Assembly (NCBI GenBank): GCA_964016885.1
Contig: OZ024746.1
Location: forward strand, 53,258,001 to 53,322,000
Length of the DNA stretch: 64,000 nt
Direction of reading: 5' to 3'
DNA from: Eledone cirrhosa
Lineage: Eukaryota
The notes below the pieces were generated by a model, which had not been told where the DNA came from, did no database searches, and was given only the letters and a program-made list of their open reading frames with translations. Both the position numbers and the translations under genes were made by a program. Positions 43,102 to 55,943 of the stretch are shown here, in pieces (position 1 is the stretch's first letter; the number at the start of each line of letters is the position of its first letter).

Positions 43102-44774
43102 TTTTCGAAATATTTACTTTTGCGTTCACAGATTGATTATTTTAGTTTCAGAAGATCCCATTAAGGGTGAAAGCAGCGATTCTTTGCTTAAACTTTAATC
43201 TGTCATTTTAATATATATATAATTATATATTCGTGTACAGATATTTTTGCATACACAATAACAAAATATAAACAAACGTATTTATTTCACGAGGCTTGAT
43301 AAGGATAAATATATATCAAATATATAAGAACCCTAGAGCAAATCCTGAGCAACGCCAGGCCATTCTGCTAGTATTATCTAAAATACTTTCATAATTTCAT
43401 GCCAAGTGAATATAAAATTTTGATGAATCTTTAAGTTATGTTCCAAATATTAACATGAGACAGTTCAGTGCTGTTTTGTGTGCGTTTTAAATTCTTGGAT
43501 TAATCATTTAGCATTTAAACTGCCCATATCTAGCCAAAATTCTCTCACACCTTTCTGTTCAAACTGGCTGTAACCAGCCACTCATACTGATGTTAAGGTA
43601 TTATTCTCAATACAAATAATATTAAAATGTCATAGATTTGATATTAACTAAGAAAATATAATAGTAAATATAGAGTAATGTTAAAGCTAAAGGGTTAAAC
43701 AGTTTGTCATGCTCTGAGACTAGACAGGTCATATGACGAGGTTTGCTCATACACTCCATTTTGGCATGGTTTCTATGGTGGGATACTCTTCTACTTTACA
43801 GTGTGTACTGGGTGAATTTTCTTGTGGCACCAGCACCACTATCTTATAGACTGAGCTGGGTGATTTTATAGCACCAGCACCATCTCTTTACAACATCAGG
43901 GTGCTTACTAAATTACTTCAAATTCTTTCGTTATTTCAAAATTATTTGAAACTTTCAATAGAAATATAAGAATGAAAAGTTTATCAGTTATCCAACAATG
44001 GTGGTCACTGTATTTAAATTTCTCACAAATTACACCATATTACTTCAACACTTAATATCCTGTAATAATTTAATAGAAAATATCTAAAAACAGTTTAATT
44101 CAAATGCTTGTAGACAAATCACACTGAAAATTTGCAGGATTTGAGTTAAGACTTTCATTGTAATGAGACCATCATAGTGCTGTTTTGTATTTTTGAAGAA
44201 TGCTTTGCTAACATGGTTTCATGTAGTACAAGACATTAAAAATTAACTATTCTGTAATGAATTTCAGAAAGCAAAATCAGATTTGTTAAATCAAATAAAG
44301 TGTCTTTATTAGTAGACAGATTATGAAATATTGCAGTAGCGAAAAATATGATGTAGTCATAGTGCTGTTTTGTACTTTTCAAGACTATCTCACTAAATGT
44401 GGTACAGGATATTAAGAATTAAAAATGAATAACACACAGGAGAATGTAGTCTTAGATTCACCATGTTTGAAAATATAAATTCCTCATAGGTTTACTAGAC
44501 CAAACTCAATCCACAGCTAACCAGCAAACTGATACATTTTTCTTAGATAACAAGCTTCCATTTTAAATGTTACTTGGAGAATGTGATGAGGTTATGGTCC
44601 AACCCAGCTTTGTCCATCTTAGAACAGCAAGGCAAAGACCATCAACCCTTCCAGCTTTGTCCATCACAGAACTGCTAGGTTAACAAAGGGAGATTATCTG
44701 CCCTTCCTGGTCAACAAAATTGAAAAGAAGGCAAGGTAGTGAGATTAACCTCTCAACACTCCTTTTATACTGGA

Positions 44775-45315
44775 GAAGGGAGAAAGGGAGGAGAATGAGA
44801 AGGAGGAACGGGAGGAGAATGAGGAGGAACGGGAGGAGAATGAGAAGAACGGGAGGAGAATGAGAAGAACGGGAGGAGAATGAGAAGAACGGGAGGAGAA
44901 TGAGAAGAACGGGAGGAGAATGAGAAGAACGGGAGGAGAATGAGAAGGAGGAACGGGAGGAGAAGGAGGAACGGGAGGAGAATGAGAAACGGGAGGAGAA
45001 TGAGAAACGGGAGGAGAATGAGAAACGGGAGGAGAATGAGAAACGGGAGGAGAATGAGAAACGGGAGGAGAATGAGAAGGAGGAACGGGAGGAGAATGAG
45101 AAGGAGGAACGGGAGGAGAATGAGAAGGAGGAACGGGAGGAGAATGAGAAGGAGGAACGGGAGGAGAATGAGAAGGAGGAACGGGAGGAGAATGAGAAGG
45201 AGGAACGGGAGGAGAATGAGAAGGAGGAACGGGAGGAGAATGAGAAGGAGGAACGGGAGGAGAATGAGAAGGAGGAACGGGAGGAGAATGAGAAGGAGGA
45301 ACGGGAGGAGAATAT
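44775..45315. repeat. Polypurine minisatellite with 18/20/24-bp units (GGGAGGAGAATGAGAAGGAGGAAC)
   Basis: Homogeneous blocks of three unit lengths. Confidence 0.95.
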
Positions 45316-46953
45316 AATAAGAGTATAGAGGAAGTGATGATGTCAGGGTAAGAGGAGTAGGATGAGATAGGGGAGGTAAAGGAAGGATGGGGTGTAGGAA
45401 GAGGAGATAGAAGAGGTAAAGGAGACAGACAGGAAGACAGAAAGTGAGTAAGAAATAGGAGGGGTGGGGCAGTGGGTGGAAGAAGGAGGGGTTAAACCAA
45501 GCCACAGGACTTCTTGAACAATTAAGACACTGATGTCTACAGGAAACCAATAACACAGAGACACATACACAATAACATACACACAAACAGATACACTAAC
45601 ACACACAAGACTACACCCAGGCATATACACTAATATACACATTAATAAAAGACATTAAAATACAGATGCAGACTAATACACACACACACACACGCAAACA
45701 AAATACACACACACACATGCAAACAAAATATACACACACACACACACACTTCTATAACCACACACACAGTAATCTGAATCTGACATCCCCACCACATTCT
45801 TATAACTCTAAACCAAACCCTGTTATGCACTCTCCTCAAACATAAAGGAAAAACCATATATATTTCACACACACAAGACAGGTGTGTAAATCTGAGATGC
45901 AAGCACAAATATATATACACACACATTACATAGACAATACTACACACACACATCTAGTCCTGAAGCTAGGGAAGGAAGGCCAGACAGTAGACCTAAATGT
46001 AATACAACTGTCTCTTCCCACTACCACCACCACTACTCTTTAGTGTATATGGAGGGATAGGGAGTCTATCATACCTTTTATTCTATCAACCCCTTGCATT
46101 CAATCTCCTATTCTTTCAGTATTCATTCATGACTTTTTCCTTGGCTGGTTCTCTCTCACTTATTGTGTTTGTTCCTTTTTTAAACACATTCTTGTATTCC
46201 CTCAATCCTTTGCACTCCTCTTCTTCCTTGGCTGGTCTTCCTCACCATTGTGTTATAAACAAACGCTCTCCACATGGAGACACACACAGACCACAGCAAG
46301 TAACAGTAATAGAGGGGAGAGGCTACTGCTGGCTTCTCAGTTAGTGCTGTTGTAGGGTAGGTAGGGTGGGTAATCCCTTAGGGGTCAGTCATTCCTAACA
46401 AAGAACATTGCCCCCTCCTCTCTCTTTTTCTAACTTCCTTACTGACCCAGTTTAATCTGTATCCTTATCTTTAGAAAAAGAAATTCACCCCAATTCCCTG
46501 TCTTTTTGTTGCATTTAACTGTCCCACCCACCAATGACTACATATAAGTTCTCTAGTTGGCCCCCTTCCTCAAGGCTGTCCCTCCATCACAAACCAACAA
46601 GAGATCCTGTATGCGGTTGCTGGACCTGCTAAAAATAATAGCAAATGATCTTAAGATAGAAGAGGTGGGTGAATTCATTAGATAATGTAGTCCTAAATAA
46701 CCTGGAAGAAATTTCCTCATAGGTCTGCTTAACCATATTGATAGCAAAATTCCTAAAACTGTCCCTGATTCTTCACTACAGAAATGTTTGTTTTAAAGTA
46801 TTTAAAAAACTTTCCATTATAATTTTATGTCAGAACTTTTATGTGCCAAACACAAACAGAGTGAAAAAGTTATTCTACTACTAAAAATCTCTCCAATTCT
46901 TGTTTATCTTCAAAATAATTTTAAAATCGCAGGCTGTGCCTTTCATTAAGAAT

Positions 46954-47293
46954 TCATCATCATCATCATTTCATTTTACGTCCACTTTTCCCTGCTTGCA
47001 AGGGTGGGACGGGAACTGATTCTGGCTTGATTTCTACAGCTGGATGCCCTTCCTAACACCAACCTCATTTACAGTGAGTGCTGGGTGCTTTTTTTGCCGT
47101 GGCACCTCCACGACCACTTTGCAGTGGAATGATAGGGACCCCAGTCCCTATCATCTCATTTCTACAGCTGAGTAAACTGGAGCAATGTGAAATAAAGTGT
47201 CTTGCTCAAGGAAACAACACATCGGTCCGAGAATTGAACTCACAACCTTTCGATTGCAAGGCCAATGCTCTAACCACTAAGCCATGTGCCTCC
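46954..47293 (-). mobile_element. Young tRNA-derived SINE copy
   Basis: Near-identical to 42287-42635. Confidence 0.85.
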
Positions 47294-47536
47294 ATATATA
47301 TATATATATATATGTATTAGGTATAAACCGAAGTTATAACTGCTATATATCGGGTACTAAGTTGTTTGAGACAATCACAAAGCACTCAGAGCGGAAATGT
47401 AATACATTGTCCAGAGTAAACAACAGTTAAAAAGTGACACCAGGAAAAATGACAGAAGGAAGTGGCCATACATATACCACAACAACGATTAATACAGAAA
47501 GGTTGGAAACCATATATATATATATATATATATTAT

Positions 47537-47730
47537 CGTTATTCCAGGTTGAATCGGAGGTAACCACAGTAAGTAAGGTACTCAATACATTGCAGAGTAT
47601 AAAAGTTTTAATATAGATGAGATTCTACAGGACTAGAACTGTTTCATTCTTTAGAAATCATCAGGAATCCTGATGATTTCTAAAGAATGAAACAGTTCTA
47701 GTCCTGTAGAATCTCATCTATATTAAAACT
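47537..47730 (-). mobile_element. (TA)n-embedded palindromic hammerhead element, copy 2
   Basis: Same family as 42874-43070 in the opposite orientation. Perfect 63-bp arms (47604-47730), spacer at 47667, HHR core on both strands. Confidence 0.8.
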
Positions 47731-48240
47731 ATATATATATATATAGGTTGGCACCAGTGACGTCGTAACTCATTTCTACAGCTGAGTAAACTGGAACAAC
47801 GTGAAATAAAATGTCTTGCTCAAGGACAACGCATCACTCAGTCTGAGAATCAAACTCACAACCTTTCAATTGCAAGCCCATAGCCTTTCCATTGGACAAC
47901 ATCGGTGTTGTGGAGAGGGGAGGCTGGTATGCATGGGCGACTGCTGGTCTTCCTCAAACAACCTTGCCCAGACTTGTGCCTCAGAGGGAAACTTTCTAGG
48001 TGCAAATCACAAGTCACTCGCGACTGAAGGATGTGTGTGTGTGCGCACCATGTGATTGATTTTGTCTTTCATCTTCCTATTACCAAACTAAGTCATTGAG
48101 CCAATGTGATCAACTACACTTTTCAGGGTGATGTCACAGCATAGCTACAGTTGAGTAACCAGATTAAGGGGTTTAAAAATCCCAGGCAGTGCCTATCAAC
48201 TAAATCTCTTAAGCAGTCTAATGACGGAAACCAGTAAAAG

Positions 48241-48282
<42 letters not shown>

Positions 48283-48401
48283 ATAATAATAATAATATAA
48301 GGATGTTTTGTTAAGCCCTCATTACGTTTATTGATTGGCGATTGGTGACGCATGTCTCGCTATTGATCAGCCTGTCGGACCTCTGCTGTAGTTATGACAC
48401 C

Positions 48402-48435
<34 letters not shown>

Positions 48436-48463
48436 ATATATTAATAAATGCAAACTATATTTG

Positions 48464-48525
48464 TTTTATTATATATATTTCAAGGGCAACCAAGGCAAAT
48501 TATGGTGCGCTTTCATCAGATAAAA
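48464..48525 (-). ncRNA. Type I hammerhead ribozyme motif
   Basis: Minus strand: TTTTAT-CTGATGA-AAGCGCACCA...TGGTTGCCCTT-GAAA-TATATA-TA-ATAAAA. Same family as 49616. Confidence 0.75.
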
Positions 48526-48540
48526 TACAGATTTGTTTTC

Positions 48541-48873
48541 ATTCATTTCATTTTACGTCCGCTTTTCCCTGCTTGCAAAGGTGGAACGGGAACTGATTCT
48601 GGCTAGATTTCTACAGCTGGATGCCCTTCCTAACACCAACCTCATTTTCAGTGAGTGCTGGGTGCTTTTTTGCCGTGGCACCTCCACGACCACTTTGCAG
48701 TGGAATGATAAGGACCCCAGTCCCTATCATCTCATTTCTACAGCTGAGTAAACTGGAGCAATGTGAAATAAAGTGTCTTGCTCAAGGAAACAACACATCA
48801 CCCGGTCTGAGAATTGAACTCACAACCTTTCGATTGTAAGGCCAATGCTCTAACCACTAAGCCATGTGCCTCC
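48541..48873 (-). mobile_element. Young tRNA-derived SINE inserted into a hammerhead element
   Basis: Near-identical to 42287-42635. TGTTTT on both sides; the joined flanks match 49590-49680. Confidence 0.85.
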
Positions 48874-49433
48874 ATGTTTTATAAATAAATATTGACATAC
48901 CCGGAAAAAAAAAAAATTATATATATATATATATGACCAAAGATTAATATAGTTCATTGATTACTCAATGAATATAGTTTTACAATAGATTAAAAGCACT
49001 CTACAGTCAGGTTTTCTGGAGTTATTAATATTATTCAAAATATTAATAAATGAAGACATTCACATAATGAAAATGAAAACGGTCACGCATCATGTCTGTC
49101 TCTTCCTTCTTTCTTTCTTTCCTTTTTTGCAGTTACATATTTCTTCTTCTCCCTTCTATCTCTCTCTCCATCTCTCTTCTTTTGTATCTATCTCTCTCTC
49201 TTGTTCTTCCCTAACAAGTTTATTTACGCATTTAAATATTTATGTATGTGGTTATTTATTTCTTCTTACATTTTCTCATACTCACCCCCTACTTATACTT
49301 ATATCTTGCTCCACATCCTCTTCATCATATTATTTGTGGTATATAAAAGTTGAGATTTGTTGTAATAAATCACTGCCAATACTGGAATTGAACCATCAAA
49401 ACCGTTGTGGTATGTCATACATCAATTCATGTA

Positions 49434-49494
49434 TTTTATCTGACGAGGACGTACTGAAAAACAGCACAGTACCTTCGAAATATATATAATAAAA
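49434..49494 (+). ncRNA. Type I hammerhead ribozyme motif
   Basis: TTTTAT-CTGACGA-GGAC-GTACTG-loop-CAGTAC-CTTC-GAAA-TATATA-TA-ATAAAA. Confidence 0.78.
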
Positions 49495-49615
49495 CATATA
49501 TTTGGATTATGGAAATGTCTTCATTTATTAATATTTTGAATATATATATATCAGTGAATTTCCAACCGATAAGGTATGATTTTCATGAGTATGTCTATTT
49601 ATAAAACAAACTTTG

Positions 49616-49678
49616 TATTTTATCTGATGAAAGCGTATCAATGTGTCTTGATACCCTTGAAATATATATAATAAAATA
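49616..49678 (+). ncRNA. Type I hammerhead ribozyme motif
   Basis: TATTTTAT-CTGATGA-AAG-C-GTATCAA-TGTGTC-TTGATAC-C-CTT-GAAA-TATATA-TA-ATAAAATA. 8-bp stem I, 10-bp stem II, AUA site. Confidence 0.82.
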
Positions 49679-49727
49679 GATATGGTTTTATAAATATAGA
49701 TTCCATTTATTTAATATATACACACAC

Positions 49728-49774
<47 letters not shown>

Positions 49775-52040
49775 TCTTCAACCTTTTTGTATTTATCATT
49801 GTCACATTTTTACTCTGGACGATAATGTTTATGTCTCGATCCATTGAGAGCTTTGTGATTGCCCTAAACAACTCAATTAGTACCTGATATATGGCAACTA
49901 TATATATATATATATATATATATATGGAGAGACAGAGAGAGAGAGGGCGTGAGGCACAAACTTAGTTTTGAAACCATATGGTCTTAAGTTCAGTCTCAAG
50001 GCATGGTACGTTGCTTCTCCACAATTCTGTTTTAATCCTTTAGCATTTACATTACTGTAAAAATATAATAGTAAATATAGAGTAAAGTCTTTACTGTGAA
50101 AATATATCACATAATATCGAACCTATGAGATTTTGATATCTATTTTGAGAAGATCGTAACATCAGTACACAAGCAGACAGTTATGGCTGGTTTGAACAGA
50201 AAGAGGTGAGAGAATTCTGGCTGGATATGGCTGGTTTAAATGCTAAAGGGTTAAAGATGGCAGAACAGATTGGATAATGTAGCCCTTGAAAGACTGACAG
50301 AAAAAGGAGACACCACAATCACATGGCTGGAATGCCTTTCATCATTGGCCTTTTATAAGAGACCAAACCATTAAAATCTTGTACCTGTTTATTTTTTCCA
50401 GCCTGTGATAACATTTATTACATTTGGGACTTCAAAGTTTTATAATAAATGAGTACAAGTGACACTTATTTTAGATTTTTAGTGTGTTCTTTCTCCTACC
50501 TCCATCCAATTTTAGAATGAGGTGTGGAACTTTCTCAACCACTCATCCATAAAGTTAACCATTAGTGTAGAAGATATACTCCCTCACTGACTAATATATA
50601 TATATATATATAAATATATAGCATAGTGTGTGTACCTATATATAGCATCATTTGATAGGGCAAGCAAGACATGGCCACCAAATACACATACACACACTCG
50701 TGTAATCTGAGACAATAATTTAAGCAATGTAAATCTGCCCTGCACAAGTGAATCTTAGAAATACAATACCCTACTCTTGACATTGAGGGCACGCAGATAT
50801 AGTGCTTGGTGTGTGTGTGTGTGTGTGTGTGTATTATAGGCACACACACACCACATGCGATTGATTTTGTCTTTCACCCGCAAGTAATGGAGCTAGCATG
50901 TCACACTATGCCCACTGTTGAGCAACCAGATAAAGGTATACACGAAAATATTTTAGCTCTCAACAAATCTTAGGTGAGAAACAATAAAGTACTAAGTCAC
51001 ACATAAAGTACTAGCTGCCACTCTGTCATAGGCTGGAATGAAACATTTTAAAGCAGGTTTCCTTGAGCAAGATGTCCTTACTTATACTAACCCTGTTTTT
51101 TAACCCTTTAGCATTTACATCACTCTATATATACTACTTTACCTCACATAATATCAAATCTATGAAATGTTGGTGTTATTTATGTTAAGAAAAATATCTT
51201 AACATTAGTGGCCGGTTAGAGCCGGTTTGAACAGAAAGATGTGAGAGAATTCTGGCCGGATACGGCCAGTTTAAATGCCAAAGAATTAAGCACGATATAT
51301 ACTGGTGGCTTTCATTGAACCATTGAGCTGCAGAACGTATTGATTATCAATATGAAGTTGCAGACAGACATACACTTGCACATGTTTTCTATACTGACAA
51401 GGTTGGAAAAGATATCTGGGATAAGAAATGGTCAGATAACTAATCCTTGATTATATATTCCCAGCTTGACACTTCATGAACAAGGAACACAGGTACAAGG
51501 ATTTCTAGGTAGGTACAAATGACAGCATAGGCGAGGTAGGCACACTATTAGCTGAGAAATAGGTAAATAAAGTAATCAAGGTAAAAAAAAATTTGATAGC
51601 TTAGACTAGCCCTAGATAATAGAATTGGTATGATGATTTCTATATACACCACAAGCTATATATCTCACACACACACACACATATCGTTTTTGCATCTGCT
51701 TTTCCATATTTGCAGGGTTTGGACATTGGTCGTGCTTTTCCTAATTTTGGGTTTTACTGGTTGGATGCCCTTCCTGTCACCAACCACTGTACAGCGTGGA
51801 CTGGGTGTATTGTTTGTGCCACCAACACTAGAGAGCTTGTCTTACCGGACCTAGTGTGTGTGTGTGCGTGTGCGTGTTTTTTTTGTTTTTTTTTTCACAA
51901 TATTCATCATTGACTATTCTATTCTGACATGGGTTGATTTATAACCAAGCAGGATATTTCTATTCTTGTACCATTGTGCATGCATAACTGGATGTTTTGA
52001 GGTTTTACACAAAGAATTCCTTTATTTATAGGATATATAT

Positions 52041-52907
52041 ATTCATTTCATTTTACGTCCACTTTTTCCCTTTTTCCCTGCTTGCAAGGGTGGGACGGGA
52101 ACTGATACTGGCTTGATTTCTAACACCAACCTCATTTACAGTGAGTACTGGGTGCTTTTTTGCCGTGGAATGATAGGGACCTCAGTCCCTAGCATCTCAT
52201 TTCTACAGCTGAGTAAATATATATATATATATATGGAGGCACATGGCTTAGTGGTTAGAGCATTGGTCTCGCAATCGAAAGTTTGTGAGTTCAATTCTCA
52301 GACCGGGTGATGTGTTGTTTCCTTGAGCAAGACACTTTATTTCACATTGCTCCAGTTTACTCAGCTGTAGAAATGAGATGATAGGGACTGGGGTCCACTG
52401 CAAAGTGGTCGTGGAGGTGCCACGGCAAAAAAACCACCCAGCACTCACTGTAAATGAGGTTGGTGTTAGGAAGGGCATCCAGCTGTAGAAATTAAGCCAG
52501 AATCAGTTCCCGTCCCACCCTTGCAAGCAGGGAAAAGCGGACGTAAAATGAAATGATGATGATGAAATGATATATTGAAGGCACATGGCTTAATGGTTAG
52601 AGCATTGGGCTTGCAATCAGAAGGTTGTGAGTTTGATTCTCAGACTGGGTGATGCATTGTGTCCTTGAGCAAGACACTTTATTTCACATTGCTCCAGTTC
52701 ACTCAGCTCTAGAAATGAGTTGCGACGTCACTTGTGCCAAGCTGTATCGAATTTTGCCTTTACTATGGACATGAACGGTGTTGTGAAGAGAAGAGACAGG
52801 TATGCATGGACGACTGCAAGTCGTCCACAAACAACCTTGCCCTGACTTGTGCCTCGGAAGGAAACTTTCTAGGTGTAAATCCCATTGTCATTCGTGATCG
52901 AAGGGGG
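52041..52907. mobile_element. SINE cluster: partial minus copy (52041-52216), plus copy (52235-52563), plus copy with tail type 2 (52577-52907)
   Basis: Matches to the SINE copies above. The first two copies face each other across (TA)n. Confidence 0.8.
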
Positions 52908-53284
52908 TTGGGGAGGGGGTTTTTTTTACCCTATATATATGTATATGTCATATATATATGTGTGTGTGCATATATATATATGGTACCACAACATCCAGTC
53001 CAAAATAAATGAGGTCGTGTAGGTGTCACGACAAAAAAAACACACAGTCCACGCTGTAATGTGGCCGTGTAGGTAACATGGTAAAAATCTCCCAGTTCCA
53101 CACTGTAAATGTGGTTGGTGTTAAGAAGGGCATCCAGCCGTAGAAAACCTGCCAGACAGCCCTATACGAGTGAGACATTGTCACCCGACCAATCTTGCCT
53201 CAAGTAGGACAATTTCAGTCTAAACCACCTATGCTAGCGTGGAAGATAGACATTAAACGTTGATGATGATATGTGTGTGTGTGT

Positions 53285-53324
<40 letters not shown>

Positions 53325-55850
53325 ACCAAAATACAATCCCATTTGAAGAAAGTACAGCGTGGCTAGCTGGCCAGACTTGTCTTATGATGTGGGCAACGAG
53401 TCTAAACCATGCAAGCATGGACAAATAGACAAACAGTGATGATTATCATATATATATATGTGCGTTAGTACATACTATCTGCAATGTATCTATAATTAAA
53501 AATAAACAAAGACTGATTCAATGAATTTCCACCTGTCTGTCTGCCTGCGTGTGTGTGTGTGAACACATGTCACTACACATTTGGTTAATATGTATGAGAC
53601 ACACACATGCACATACATGTATGTATGTATATAGTTGTCAACCATGTTTTATATACACTGTATGTAAGCTCCGAATGTAGGTTTTGAACTGCCACATGTC
53701 TGTATGCTGTGCATTTGTAACAGCAACTACATGCCATCAGGTGTTACCACAGACTTACATACAATTATATATTCCAATCGTTGCCTTGCAAGTAGGGAAA
53801 ATGAACATGAAACAAATGAACAAATGATATAAAAGCTGATCATCAGATTGGACCAGGAAAACGATGTTTACATTGTTGATACTATCTGCCAGTTGCAACT
53901 CCTGCATACATACACATACAATATATATATATACACACACATGCATGATGATGGTATAGATAGATATAAATGGAGAAAGACAGACAGACAGACAGACAGA
54001 CAGAGAGAGAGAGATTGAGACAGGCAGGCAGATTGAGGCCGGCAGACAGAGAGAGACAGGCAGACAGACAGAGAGAGACAGGCAGACAGAGAGACAGAGA
54101 CAGACAGAGACAGACAGACAGACAGACAGACAGAGAGACAGAGAGACAGAGAGACTTAATTTTCTGAGAAAGAGAAAATAAGACAACTGATCATGCTATT
54201 TACATGTGTTGTTCAGCCTAGGGCCAACTCTTACCTAACAGGCCTGTCATCTAAGGGCTTTGCAGCTTGTTTACTTTATTTCAGTTTTCAGGTGGTAAGA
54301 TATGATTTGGCTGCTATTTCTAGCATTTTAGATCAACCACCTAGAGGCTCTCTACTTGCCTCGTGTGTGCGTGTGTGTGTTTCCATGTAACAACTGTATA
54401 TTTCATGGATTTGTGTGTCAAAACGTGTGCAAAAACTAGGTTGGTGCATCTTTCTGAAACTGGGTCAGTTTGACTGTAGTGTCTGCATGTGAGTTCATAA
54501 TCAGGTCACCATGTGTAAATTGTGTACTCTGCAGAATAAATAGTACTGCACACGTGTTTTCTTTTATATAAGGTAGTCAAATAAGTATGGGCAGTATGCA
54601 TCACATCATCACCGTTTTACGTCGATTCTTCCACGCTAGCATTTGGATTCATTTCTACAGCTGGATGCCCTTCCTAACACCAACCTCATTTACAGTGAGT
54701 GCTAGGTGCTTTTTTGTCGTGACACCTCCACGACCACTTGGAGAGGCAGGAGTGGGGAAGACCCTATGGTGCCCCAGCTACATGTGCCCTCTTTGGCCCA
54801 TTTTGAGGAGCCGTTGTTCAATGTGTCCTTGTTTTCAAGAGAGTAGCATGTGGTTTGAGGTAGATATGGTTGCTATTTCTAGCAAGCAAGGCAAGCAACT
54901 ATAAAGACTTTTGTTGGGCCTTGTTAATTGTTTAATTATATGTAGTTAATAATAGTGTGGGTAATTGATATACAAAATGTAGTAGTAGTAGTAGTTGTAG
55001 TAGAGTAGTAGTAGTAGCAGTAGTTGTGAGAGTAGTAGTAGTAGCGGTAGTTGTGGGAGTAATAGTAGTAGTTATATATGGATTAGAATAGGTACACTAT
55101 ATCACCATGTTGTAAGAATGGACTAAAAGGATTGGCACTAGGATAAACATTGCTTCAAAAAGTATTGCATCAAGCCTACCATGGGGCCCAGAAAGCTAAC
55201 CCCTGGCATAGCAGGGAAATCCTTAAAATATTTGTAATACTAGGTGATAGTAAAGTTGTAGTAGTAATGCTATTATCACTACAACTGCCATCAAACACAT
55301 ACACAGCCAAAAATTCTTATCAAGACTGACAATATTAACTTGGCTGGCCTCCTAGAAGGTTGCTCTCTTAGGTGTCTTGAGTGTTTTAATAACGCACCCA
55401 GTCCTATCTTTCACACACATACCTATGTTGTTACAACCCACATGTGTGCATTTCATAGCTTTTTCAGGGTTTTAAACACTTTAGCATTTAAACTGGCCAT
55501 ATCCTGCTAGAATTCCCTCACCTCTTTCTGTTCAAACCGGTAGTAACTGGCTGCTCATACTGATGTTAAGATATTGTTCACAAAAATAAATATCAAAATC
55601 TCATAGATTGAATATTGTGTGGTAAAGCCTTTACCACAAAAATATAATAGTAAATATAGAGTAATGTAAATGCTAAAGGGTTAAGGACAGGAGTCCCATT
55701 CCTATCAAAATGTAACAGGAAATGAAATGGTTTGCCCAAGAACACAACACCCTGCCCAATCCAGGAGTTGCCACTATGAGTATTATACCCTAACCACATG
55801 TCCACAGACAACTAAAAACCAGCAACAACAACAAAATCAATAGGTCTTAC

Positions 55851-55943
55851 CTTGCCATACTGATTAAAATAATTTCTGACATCATCAACAGTAGTAGATG
55901 CTGATAATCCACCAACAAATATTTTCTTTGTACGGGTCACCAT
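55851..55943 (-). CDS. MSI: Musashi-family RNA-binding protein, internal exon (start of RRM2, RNP2 motif)
   Basis: 93 nt, phase 0-0. Translates [31 protein letters not shown]. Acceptor tttcAG and donor GTAAGA. Near-identical to the Musashi RRM2 N-terminus. Confidence 0.97.

Larger units (their letters stand above)
40535..43371 (+). mobile_element. Two head-to-tail non-autonomous Helitrons with nested insertions
   Basis: 5' A|TC at 40535 followed by (TCTG)n. Hairpin plus CTAG ends at 41943. A second TC start at 41944 (TCTATATATCTAAAA...TGTCTGTCTG...ACCGATT). 3' hairpin CCTGAGC-AAC-GCCAGG, then CTAG|T at 43371. No TSD. Confidence 0.72.

Noticed and set aside
44765-45586. 273-aa and 125-aa repetitive ORFs
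   Set aside because: Products of the polypurine minisatellite.
49810-49860. HHR-like CTGGACGA...GAGAGCTTT in a TA-flanked repeat (relative at 47340-47430)
   Set aside because: Both copies have CTGGAC rather than CUGANGA and lack GAAA.
53838-53850. CTGATGA on the minus strand
   Set aside because: No downstream GAAA or stems, so not a hammerhead.
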